A stretch of DNA of 52,292 bases, taken from a virus (lineage: Duplodnaviria > Caudoviricetes). The translations under genes and the position numbers were made by a program. Below are positions 45,491 through 52,292 of this stretch, piece after piece. The stretch's first letter is position 1, and every line of letters starts with the position of its first letter. Under the pieces are notes generated by a model. The model did no database searches, was not told the origin of the DNA, and saw nothing but the letters and a program-made list of their open reading frames with translations. The stretch spans positions 1 through 52,292 of the IMG/VR virus record IMGVR_UViG_3300047361_000395; one strand, 5' to 3'.

Positions 45491-45903
45491 TATTTGTGGT
45501 TTTTATTACCCATTACCTTCTCATAAGACCGCCCGCCAAAATATCCTGCAAAAACAACAAAAAGAAGCTCTTTCACAACTGATAAACCTTCTATCTGCAT
45601 ATACCATCCAACAACAAAAGAAACTGTAAGAAATATTAATGTTAACGGCCTTACATTAGAAGGAAGCCAACCGCTTCTAGCGTCTGCCACCCACCTTCGT
45701 GTTATGCCATCCATTTCAGCTCTTTCTAGCTCTAGTTTTTTTAAAGCAACCTGCTTGTCTTGTTCAGACATGTCGGAGCCTCCTATAATAGCTTGAATAA
45801 CACTTCCAACAGGAGTATCCTCGGCAATAGCGCCAACGACTGAAGGAATTTTTTGAAGTAAAAATTTTCCCACGGCAGTTTCTTTAAATGCTTTTTTTGC
45901 CAT
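45490..45903 (-). CDS. holin (3TM/GTA-holin-like)
   Basis: RW-x-AD...VRPLTL, two TM helices and YFGGRSYEK; adjacent to the endolysin. Confidence 0.75.
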   Translation of the reverse strand: MAKKAFKETAVGKFLLQKIPSVVGAIAEDTPVGSVIQAIIGGSDMSEQDKQVALKKLELERAEMDGITRRWVADARSGWLPSNVRPLTLIFLTVSFVVGWYMQIEGLSVVKELLFVVFAGYFGGRSYEKVMGNKNHK

Positions 45904-45904
45904 A

Positions 45905-46249
45905 TTAATATGTCCAAATTGTTTTTTCAGGCGCTCCTGGATATCCTATTCCCAAATGCATAAACCCTTTTTTTCTACTTATACCTATTCTAGTAAATCC
46001 AACCTGAATAGCGGCTTTTACAAGCCTAAATGTTTTTCCGCCACCAATACTTTCAATGTCAACAGCCGCTCCATAAGAATGTTCTCCAGGAGAATCTTTA
46101 GCTGCTTCAATGGGATGACTAGGGCTCCTATAGCTCGAAGTAATTTTTATCGGGCTACCATAGGCCTCTCTTAACTGATCTAACATAGTTAAGAGTTTTT
46201 CATCCATCATTTCATAGTCACTAAATTCTGATTCAGAAAAATATTTCAT
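45905..46249 (-). CDS. endolysin, peptidase M15A family
   Basis: LDQLRE-x-YG-x-PI-x-ITS-x-YR...H-x2-G-x-A-x-DI...GF-x-RIG...FMHL (Zn ligands H, D, H). Confidence 0.85.
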   Translation of the reverse strand: MKYFSESEFSDYEMMDEKLLTMLDQLREAYGSPIKITSSYRSPSHPIEAAKDSPGEHSYGAAVDIESIGGGKTFRLVKAAIQVGFTRIGISRKKGFMHLGIGYPGAPEKTIWTY

Positions 46250-46323
46250 TTGTACTTTTTAAACATCAACTTATACAAAAGACTATTCCAGGCTTGTTGT
46301 AATTTATCTATAAATTTTTTCAT
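46246..46323 (-). CDS. 25-aa amphipathic basic peptide (not in track)
   Basis: MKKFIDKLQQAWNSLLYKLMFKKYK*; ATGA overlaps on both sides. Confidence 0.5.
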   Translation of the reverse strand: MKKFIDKLQQAWNSLLYKLMFKKYK

Positions 46324-46469
46324 TTCTTCTTTGCTTTCTCTATAATTTGTATCACAGTGTAAACCAGCGTTGCTGTTAAAACTAAAGTTGATAACGCAGG
46401 ATTTATGTCACTTATCCCAACCCCTGTAATTGCAGAGATATTTATTCCATATACTCTCAAATCTTCCAT
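46320..46469 (-). CDS. small holin-like membrane protein (49 aa, not in track)
   Basis: MEDLRVYGINISAITGVGISDINPALSTLVLTATLVYTVIQIIEKAKKK*: hydrophobic segments, basic C-tail, upstream of the endolysin. Confidence 0.6.
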   Translation of the reverse strand: MEDLRVYGINISAITGVGISDINPALSTLVLTATLVYTVIQIIEKAKKK

Positions 46470-46474
46470 TTTTT

Positions 46475-46714
46475 TTAAGGCTTTCTGCCCCGGTTTTTAC
46501 TTCTATGCTCTTTAATCAATGTGCCATCCTTTTGATGAGAGCAATCCATTTTATCTCCATTACCATACGTTCCGTTATTTCTATTAAACCTATTACATTC
46601 AACTCTTTTTTTTATAGCACTTTTCTTTTTTTGATACTTTTTATCATACTCAGATTTAACACGCCTTGCTTTTGCGCTATTTTTATAATAAAGAGCTGTT
46701 TTGCTTAGGCCCAT
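46475..46714 (-). CDS. small basic protein with HNH-like remnant
   Basis: GDKMDCSH...KNRGR resembles the D-x2-H...NR of small HNH-like phage proteins. Confidence 0.6.
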   Translation of the reverse strand: MGLSKTALYYKNSAKARRVKSEYDKKYQKKKSAIKKRVECNRFNRNNGTYGNGDKMDCSHQKDGTLIKEHRSKNRGRKP

Positions 46715-46830
46715 TATCCTCTTTTTTTTCTTTTCTTAAGAACATCAAAATCCGCTTTTGTTATTTTGTTCCTAGGCGGAGCAACAGATGCTATTTTTTT
46801 TTGTTTCTTCGAGTATTTACTTGTAGGCAT
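46714..46830 (-). CDS. 38-aa basic protein (not in track)
   Basis: MPTSKYSKKQKKIASVAPPRNKITKADFDVLKKRKKRG*; TAATG coupling to the next gene. Confidence 0.6.
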   Translation of the reverse strand: MPTSKYSKKQKKIASVAPPRNKITKADFDVLKKRKKRG

Positions 46831-46832
46831 GA

Positions 46833-46982
46833 TTATGTGTGTTTTTTTTGAATTTTAAATTCCGCATACAAAGAAGCTCCTTTGTGCTTTACAAACTTAC
46901 CGCTATGTTTCATTAACTTAACATCTTTTCCTGATTTCATCCAATGATATCCTGAAGGTGCTTTTATTTTTTTTGAATTCAT
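46833..46982 (-). CDS. 49-aa basic protein (not in track)
   Basis: MNSKKIKAPSGYHWMKSGKDVKLMKHSGKFVKHKGASLYAEFKIQKKHT*; ATGA overlap upstream. Confidence 0.65.
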   Translation of the reverse strand: MNSKKIKAPSGYHWMKSGKDVKLMKHSGKFVKHKGASLYAEFKIQKKHT

Positions 46983-47221
46983 CCTGTTTTTACTTTAGCT
47001 TGCTTTGTGTTGGAAACAAATTGTTTTCCAGATCTTCCTTCTTTTTTTTTCTTTTTAGCTGTTGCCGCCCTTTCTGCTTTAGAAAGACTTTTTGCTTTAT
47101 TCAAAGGTAAGCATCTATCTGGATTTTTTTTATTTTTACTTGTTCCACATGGTCCTAAAATAGATCCATCAGTTCCTATTCTAACCCATTTTTGATCTCG
47201 CCATTTTTTTAACTCACCCAT
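46979..47221 (-). CDS. small basic protein
   Basis: LKKWRDQKWV...CG...CLP-x2-KAKSLSKAERAATAKKKK. Confidence 0.7.
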   Translation of the reverse strand: MGELKKWRDQKWVRIGTDGSILGPCGTSKNKKNPDRCLPLNKAKSLSKAERAATAKKKKKEGRSGKQFVSNTKQAKVKTG

Positions 47222-47226
47222 AAACT

Positions 47227-47676
47227 TTATTCTTCACACTCACAATCTTCTTTCTCACAAGAAGCCTTTTCCATCATACATAAAGCTTTACTCCTATCGT
47301 CATAATCAAGGGCTGCTTTTAATATAATTTTATCCATAACATCATCTTGATTATCAAGCATTTGTTTTTGTAAATTTATAACCATTCTTTCTAAGTCGTC
47401 TTTCCCTTTAGTAAGCAAATCTATTTTAAGTTGTTTCTTCTCTATATCTGACTTTAAGGAATTTACGTCATCAGGTTTCGCTCCAGTTATGGTTGATATA
47501 ACAATACCTATAGATGCACTTATAGTGCCAATAAGCATCATAACCACTTCTTTATTTGTGTCTAATACAGGAAACTGTATAAGAACAACAATTATTCCTA
47601 TAACAAACAGGAATATAAACAACGATCCGATATAGTGACGAATTTCTCTCGCCACTCCATTTTTTGGAAGATTCAT
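47227..47676 (-). CDS. 2-TM membrane protein with coiled coil and Cys-rich tail
   Basis: Two hydrophobic helices (IGSLFIFLFVIGIIVVLI; VVMMLIGTISASIGIVISTI), coiled coil, ending C...CEKEDCECEE. Confidence 0.7.
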   Translation of the reverse strand: MNLPKNGVAREIRHYIGSLFIFLFVIGIIVVLIQFPVLDTNKEVVMMLIGTISASIGIVISTITGAKPDDVNSLKSDIEKKQLKIDLLTKGKDDLERMVINLQKQMLDNQDDVMDKIILKAALDYDDRSKALCMMEKASCEKEDCECEE

Positions 47677-47822
47677 TTCTTTTTTGTTTTTTTAGCGTAA
47701 TTAGGATCTTTACAATATTTTGATGCAGCCATACTTGCATAAGCAGAAGGCCACTTATCAAACGTTCTCTTTGCCCAGGCTACGCCTGATGGGCATATCT
47801 TATTTCTTTTCTCTTTTGCCAT
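47673..47822 (-). CDS. 49-aa basic protein with PSAYA motif (not in track)
   Basis: MAKEKRNKICPSGVAWAKRTFDKWPSAYASMAASKYCKDPNYAKKTKKK*; ATGA overlap downstream. Confidence 0.7.
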   Translation of the reverse strand: MAKEKRNKICPSGVAWAKRTFDKWPSAYASMAASKYCKDPNYAKKTKKK

Positions 47823-47982
47823 AAGGGAATAAATCATTTAATGTTTTTCTTCTTCCTTCACATCCACACGGTTTGTTAAAAGCTTTTGATCCCGCATCAA
47901 CAATAGCCCTTATTCCTGTAGCTTGAGTTACAGCAGCAACGGTATCTCCAAAACCAGCGTGATTTTTAAAAGGTCCTTTCAT
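47800..47982 (-). CDS. small protein with CGC motif
   Basis: GFGDTVAAVTQATGI...PCGCEGRRKTLN-x-LFPY. Confidence 0.7.
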   Translation of the reverse strand: MKGPFKNHAGFGDTVAAVTQATGIRAIVDAGSKAFNKPCGCEGRRKTLNDLFPYGKREKK

Positions 47983-48161
47983 CCTCTTTTTTTTGGTTTT
48001 ACAACCTCAGTGTCATTAACAACTGGTTTTTTAGTGACGAACATTGTCCCAAAGGGCCCTTGCTTCTTTGATACAACTCTTTTCTTTTTTTCCTTATCAA
48101 AAGGTCCCATCTTACCGTAATTTGTACTTCCTACTATGGGATAATAACCATTGTGTTTCAT
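47979..48161 (-). CDS. small basic protein
   Basis: 60 aa, Lys-rich, ATGA-coupled to the downstream gene. Confidence 0.55.
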   Translation of the reverse strand: MKHNGYYPIVGSTNYGKMGPFDKEKKKRVVSKKQGPFGTMFVTKKPVVNDTEVVKPKKRG

Positions 48162-48164
48162 ATC

Positions 48165-48464
48165 TTAATATTTTCCTTGTTTTGATTTAGGAGATGATTT
48201 AGTAGACCCTCCTTTTCCGGCCCATAAGTCTTTACAAGCCCAATATCTTGCAGTCAGTTTGTTTTTTGCCTGGTCACACTTATGTCTTGCTTTAAAAGAT
48301 TTTCTGGCGGCAGCTGAGTAATTGTGCCCATAACCAGATGCCCCATAATGAATAATCTTTTCCTGTCCTCCAGAACAAGCCTTAACGACCTTTTTCTTTT
48401 TAGGATTTGGACTCTTACGGGGACTGTTACAAGTCATCTTACTTTTATCAACTTTTGTCGCCAT
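48165..48464 (-). CDS. small basic protein
   Basis: KKKVV...KIIHYGASGY...ARKSFKARHKC...TARYWAC-x2-LW, a motif set I recognise from marine viral small proteins. Confidence 0.7.
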   Translation of the reverse strand: MATKVDKSKMTCNSPRKSPNPKKKKVVKACSGGQEKIIHYGASGYGHNYSAAARKSFKARHKCDQAKNKLTARYWACKDLWAGKGGSTKSSPKSKQGKY

Positions 48465-48486
48465 TATGGTATTTTCTTTAATGAGA

Positions 48487-48518
48487 CAAAGATAAGAATT
48501 TTAAATTTTGTAGATTTG
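48487..48518. promoter_or_regulatory. divergent promoter pair: TATCTTTG (-, 48487-48494) and TAGATTTG (+, 48511-48518)
   Basis: Two TAnnTTTG boxes on opposite strands in the 74-bp gap between divergent genes. Confidence 0.6.
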
Positions 48519-48538
48519 ACTACTTATAATGAAATCAT

Positions 48539-49036
48539 ATGTATCACAGGTACTACCTGAACAAAAGACCAAGAAAAACTCCAGTATATAAACCAAGGGA
48601 AAAGGAGTTTAATTTTTTAAAAAACTGGAGAGTTGTTAGATACTATATTCAAAAAAGATATAGTCTTACTTTGTCTGAGCTTGAAATGCTCCTTTTCCTT
48701 TATGATGAAAAACTTTTTGACAAGGCTACTTTTTTTAGTTTTGCAAACTGTATGTCTTGGGATAGAAGCAGGTTTAATGATATGAAAAAAAGAGAATTAA
48801 TATCTCTTTGGAGAGAAGGTAAAATATCAAAACACAGAGAGCTGTATCAACTCAGCCAAAAAGCAAAACTAATATGCTCTCATACATACAAAAAGCTAGT
48901 TGGTCAAGAACTTATTTCAGAAGATCCATACAGAAATAATATAATGAAAGGAAACACATACGCTGATAAGGTTTACAGAAACCTTATTAAAAAAATGAAT
49001 AACAAAACTACAGTTGATTCTCATAACGGTAAATAG
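48539..49036 (+). CDS. winged-helix (MarR-like) DNA-binding protein, putative regulator
   Basis: YSLTLSELEMLLFLY...LISLWRE...LYQLSQKAK pattern; the only + strand gene inside the late region. Confidence 0.55.
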   Translation: MYHRYYLNKRPRKTPVYKPREKEFNFLKNWRVVRYYIQKRYSLTLSELEMLLFLYDEKLFDKATFFSFANCMSWDRSRFNDMKKRELISLWREGKISKHRELYQLSQKAKLICSHTYKKLVGQELISEDPYRNNIMKGNTYADKVYRNLIKKMNNKTTVDSHNGK

Positions 49037-49751
49037 CTTCCTTAAGTATAGAGTAGTCTCTAACTTTAGTTAAATCCTTAAGGTGTCTCATTTTTAAGTT
49101 TTCTCCTTCTGAAGTTAACACATCAATCCACTCTATAACTGAAGATATCTTTTTTTCTCTTTTAATCAAACTATTATTGTTTTTTATGAGATCTTTAATC
49201 TTTGGGGTTACAAGCCTTTGAATTGTTCTTTTACTACACCCTAAATTTTCTGATATAGAATCCTGAGTAGCCACGATTCTTGAACGATACATTGCATCTA
49301 AAGCTAAAAACAAATCTTTTTCAGTATAAAAAACAGACCTTCCAATTATTGTTGCTGTAATACTCATTTTTTCTTCAGCAGAAATAATTACATCTGGATT
49401 AAAAATAACCCGTCTTTTTCTACGACACCAGGGAATTACTTTTTCGTGATAAACAGACTCTATCATTTGAGAGATTCTAGCTTTTCCATAAGTACGAACA
49501 GCTCTTCCACTCTCCCTATTTCCAAGCCAGCAGAATAACCCATCAAAAATTTTTAGATTTATGTCTGGATTTAAGAAAAAGTAAACCTCAGCATAATACT
49601 CTAATTGATCAAAACTAGATATCTTACTATATATATACTGTATATCATAGTGGTTAACAGGAGATGAATACCAAACAAAGTCCATTCCATTAAAGTCATG
49701 ATTAGTGACTAGACTATGCTGATCATCTTCAACATACTCAAATAGTTTCAC
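49008..49751 (-). CDS. hypothetical protein with a C-terminal HTH
   Basis: TQDSISENLGCSKRTIQR helix-turn-helix signature. Confidence 0.6.
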   Translation of the reverse strand: MKLFEYVEDDQHSLVTNHDFNGMDFVWYSSPVNHYDIQYIYSKISSFDQLEYYAEVYFFLNPDINLKIFDGLFCWLGNRESGRAVRTYGKARISQMIESVYHEKVIPWCRRKRRVIFNPDVIISAEEKMSITATIIGRSVFYTEKDLFLALDAMYRSRIVATQDSISENLGCSKRTIQRLVTPKIKDLIKNNNSLIKREKKISSVIEWIDVLTSEGENLKMRHLKDLTKVRDYSILKEAIYRYENQL

Positions 49752-50020
49752 AGAATAACTACAATGTTTTTATCGTTTACTACCGTTAGTTTTTCCCCAT
49801 TGATTCGTATATCAGAACTAGCAGCAGAGTCATAAAACACATTATCCCCGCTATTAATATCACTAACACCATCTCCAACTGATTTTACTTTTGCTAATTT
49901 ATATCTTAAATTCATTTCGTTAGCCTCAGTCATAATAAGGCCCATTGAATTTTTAACTTCTTCTTTTTGCTTCTCCAAAACCACAAAAGATCCTATAGCT
50001 TTAAACTTTTCTGAACTCAT
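49748..50020 (-). CDS. groES: co-chaperonin GroES
   Basis: KAIGSFVVLEK...MGLIM...AKVKSVG-x-G...GDNVFY...IRINGEKLTVV...IVVIL; coupled to groEL. Confidence 0.85.
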   Translation of the reverse strand: MSSEKFKAIGSFVVLEKQKEEVKNSMGLIMTEANEMNLRYKLAKVKSVGDGVSDINSGDNVFYDSAASSDIRINGEKLTVVNDKNIVVIL

Positions 50021-51609
50021 GCTCTTTTATTTGAAATTACACAGTTAGTTTGTAATATTGTGGTTGCCACAGAAACAGCGTTTCTAAGTGCATTCTTAGT
50101 CACCTTAAGTGGATCTATAATGCCAAAAGAATACATATTACCTACTCTGTCTTTTTTGACATCATAGCCGGTAGTATGCCTTCCTGAGTTAAGAACTATC
50201 TCTGAGTTTTTCTCTGCATTTGCTCCTGCATTTGAAAGAATAGAAATAAAAGGCTCTTCAATGGCCTTATAAAGAACATGATACCCTTGTTTTACTTCAT
50301 TGGTCTTCCCTTTAAGCTGCATAGAAAGTAACTTGTTTGTTGCGTGAAGAAGTGCAGATCCTCCTCCTGGAAGTATTCCCTCTTCAAGAGCTGCCCTAGT
50401 TGCAGACACAGCATCATCAACTCTGTCTTTTTTCTCTTTCATTTCCACCTCACTAAGAGCTCCTACATAAATAGCAGCAATGCCTCCAGACAATCTTGAA
50501 AGGCGATCTTTATAGTGCCAGTGATTATCTTCATCCTCTTTAGATTTCAATATTGATTTTACTCTCTCTACTTGTTTCTTAACAGCGTCAGCTGTTTTTT
50601 CTAAATTTAGAGTTACAATTGTCTCTTTGTTTGTAGACACAGACTTTTTAGCCTGTCCAAGAAACTCAGCTGTTACACCATTCCAATCATTACCTGTATC
50701 ATCAGAAACAACAACAGCTCCTGTCATAACCGCTAAATCCTCTAAAAGCTCAAATCTGTTAAGACCAACTCCCTCAGGAATAAGAACATTAACTTGAAGA
50801 ACTCCCCTGGCTTTATTTACATTAAGAGTATTAACTACAGCCGTTTCAATATCTGAGATTATCAGTAAAGGTCTTTTAGAATTCATAGCCACCTTTAACG
50901 GAATCTCTATGTCTTCAATAGTATTTATTTTCTTATCAGATACAAGAACAAATGGATTATCTAAAATCGCCTGATTCTTCTCTTTGTCTGTTATAAGGTA
51001 TGGAGAGTGAAACCCTCTTTTAATCCTGGTTCCTTCAGCAACATCTACATATGTTTCTTTTGACATAGACTCCTCTATAGTCAACACACCGTCTACCCCA
51101 ACAATATTATATGCATCAGATATTATCTTACCAAGCTCCGAGTCATTGTTTGCAGAAATAGAAGCAACATACTTTAGTGTCTCCTTGTTAACAGGCTTAG
51201 ATTTGCTGTCTAGAAAGTCACAGACGACCTCTGAGGCCTCTTCTATAGATTTCCTTAGTTCTGTTACATTAAGGTTTGGAAAGCTCTCTAAACTCTCGTA
51301 TGCTTGATTTATAATAGCTTGTGCTAATACAATAGAAGTAGTTGTCCCATCTCCTGCCTCGTCAGCAGTCTTAATTGATGCTTGTTTTACTATTTCAGCG
51401 GCAAGATGCTCTACTGGATCTGATAAGTTTACATACCTGGCTACAGTTACCCCATCTTTAGTTACATGAGGTCTCCCTAAATCGTCCTCTAAAACAACAG
51501 TTGTGCCTGCTGCTCCTAGAGTAGATTTAACTGCATTAGCAATCTTGTTTACTCCGGACCTAAGTTTGTCCTTTGCGTCCTCATTGAAGTCAATGTCTTT
51601 CTCAATCAT
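50017..51609 (-). CDS. groEL: chaperonin GroEL (phage-encoded)
   Basis: VTKDGVTVA, AGDGTTTS, ISANND, EMKEKKDRVDDA, EEGILPGGG and GIIDPLKVT; lacks the GGM tail. Confidence 0.95.
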   Translation of the reverse strand: MIEKDIDFNEDAKDKLRSGVNKIANAVKSTLGAAGTTVVLEDDLGRPHVTKDGVTVARYVNLSDPVEHLAAEIVKQASIKTADEAGDGTTTSIVLAQAIINQAYESLESFPNLNVTELRKSIEEASEVVCDFLDSKSKPVNKETLKYVASISANNDSELGKIISDAYNIVGVDGVLTIEESMSKETYVDVAEGTRIKRGFHSPYLITDKEKNQAILDNPFVLVSDKKINTIEDIEIPLKVAMNSKRPLLIISDIETAVVNTLNVNKARGVLQVNVLIPEGVGLNRFELLEDLAVMTGAVVVSDDTGNDWNGVTAEFLGQAKKSVSTNKETIVTLNLEKTADAVKKQVERVKSILKSKEDEDNHWHYKDRLSRLSGGIAAIYVGALSEVEMKEKKDRVDDAVSATRAALEEGILPGGGSALLHATNKLLSMQLKGKTNEVKQGYHVLYKAIEEPFISILSNAGANAEKNSEIVLNSGRHTTGYDVKKDRVGNMYSFGIIDPLKVTKNALRNAVSVATTILQTNCVISNKRA

Positions 51610-51634
51610 GTTATATTGTATTTAATTTATGCTA

Positions 51635-51665
51635 CAAATATAACAATATTTGACTATACTACCAA
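51635..51665 (-). promoter_or_regulatory. Flavobacterium-type promoter for groEL-groES
   Basis: TTG (51665-51663), 20 nt, TATATTTG (51642-51635). Confidence 0.65.
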
Positions 51666-51790
51666 CGAAACTCTACTGTAAAGATTAGAAAATGAAATGC
51701 AACTCCATCAATCTCACGCTCTTTAGTGACATAAGCCTCTGCTCCGATCATTAAGGCATAAGGAACTTGAAATACAAATGTAATATCCAT
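51659..51790 (-). CDS. 43-aa hydrophobic beta-rich protein (not in track)
   Basis: MDITFVFQVPYALMIGAEAYVTKEREIDGVAFHFLIFTVEFRW*. Confidence 0.55.
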   Translation of the reverse strand: MDITFVFQVPYALMIGAEAYVTKEREIDGVAFHFLIFTVEFRW

Positions 51791-51802
51791 AATATTCTAA
51801 TT

Positions 51803-51842
51803 AAAAAAAGGGACCTTAATCTATAAAAAACCAAGATCCCTT
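51803..51842 (-). terminator. intrinsic terminator
   Basis: On the - strand: AAGGGATCTT-15 nt-AAGGTCCCTT then a T-run. Confidence 0.7.
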
Positions 51843-51887
51843 AAGTCAAACCCTATATTAATTAACTTAAACAAAAATTAACTAATC

Positions 51888-51918
51888 CAAAGATATAGAT
51901 AATAAATGTAACGACAAA
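51888..51918 (-). promoter_or_regulatory. full-consensus Bacteroidota promoter
   Basis: TTTG (51918-51915), 19 nt, TATCTTTG (51895-51888). Confidence 0.7.
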
Positions 51919-51923
51919 AAGAT

Positions 51924-51994
51924 GTGGCGGGAAAAGGTGACAAATAACTGTACACCTATAATAGTAGATAGTTAATGTCCACTTTTTATGCCAC
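51924..51994. repeat. imperfect long inverted repeat in the non-coding end region
   Basis: Left arm GTGGC..GAAAAGGTGACA..TAACT; right arm AGTTAA.TGTCCACTTTTT..GCCAC. Confidence 0.5.
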
Positions 51995-52292
51995 CGTTAG
52001 AAATGTGTAGTATTTGGGTTATATATATAATACAACGCCCGACATCCTACAGAAAACCCAACCACAAACACCACCCCCCAACGAAAAAACGACAGCAGGC
52101 GAAAAACTTTTGACGTTTGCCTCTCTTTGGGGCGTTTAATCGGGTAAGCTGTGGAAGTTATCCAGGGACAGCGACCAGCCCCCCTTTTAAGATTACAAAC
52201 ACCTAAACAAACACCCCCTAAAGAACTCCAGCTGGAAAAATTACAACTGCCCAACATTACCAGCCAATTAAACCAGCTCTTTAAATAGTCCC

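Noticed and set aside
51997-52257. 86-aa - strand ORF in the end region
   Set aside because: Non-ATG start, atypical Gly/Cys/Val composition produced by the local G/T skew, and no recognisable initiation context.
1-52292. Stop-codon reassignment as in some crAss-like phages
   Set aside because: Genes are full length in code 11, and TAG, TGA and TAA all end genes. Reading through TAG 14949 would not join the next ORF in frame, and TAG 31655 is followed by another TAG three codons later.
1-52292. tRNA/rRNA genes, integrase, transposase, inteins or group I introns
   Set aside because: No cloverleaf or T-loop signature seen in the short intergenic gaps and no such protein motifs recognised; this was by eye, so tRNAscan/Infernal would be needed to be sure.

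Overview
A 52-kb AT-rich segment of a tailed dsDNA phage genome, read in the standard genetic code. It is most likely a podovirus-type phage of a Bacteroidota/Flavobacteriia host: TAnnTTTG promoter boxes sit in intergenic gaps, and the terminase, portal and capsid look like those of Cellulophaga/crAss-like phages. Positions 1-5.6 kb (+) are the end of a replication/nucleotide module: SF4 helicase C-terminus, PAPS-reductase-like PP-loop protein, metallophosphoesterase, MazG-like protein and endonuclease I-like resolvase. This module ends at two hairpins. From 51.8 kb down to 5.7 kb the - strand carries the late region: GroEL/GroES, a train of tiny basic proteins, holins and an M15 endolysin, modular tail fibres with chaperones, a second GroES-like gene, TerS/TerL, portal, scaffold, capsid, tail ring proteins, tail nozzle and ejection proteins. 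The most unusual signals are: (1) a long +1-frame ORF with a lipoprotein signal peptide overprinted inside terL; (2) a tail-nozzle gene split in two by a ~730-aa thrombospondin type-3-like Asp-rich repeat array plus an extra domain; (3) a phage chaperonin set with two different GroES-like genes; (4) a promoter-terminator unit at ~51.8 kb that could be an sRNA or attenuator. All family assignments come from motif recognition by eye; no searches were run.
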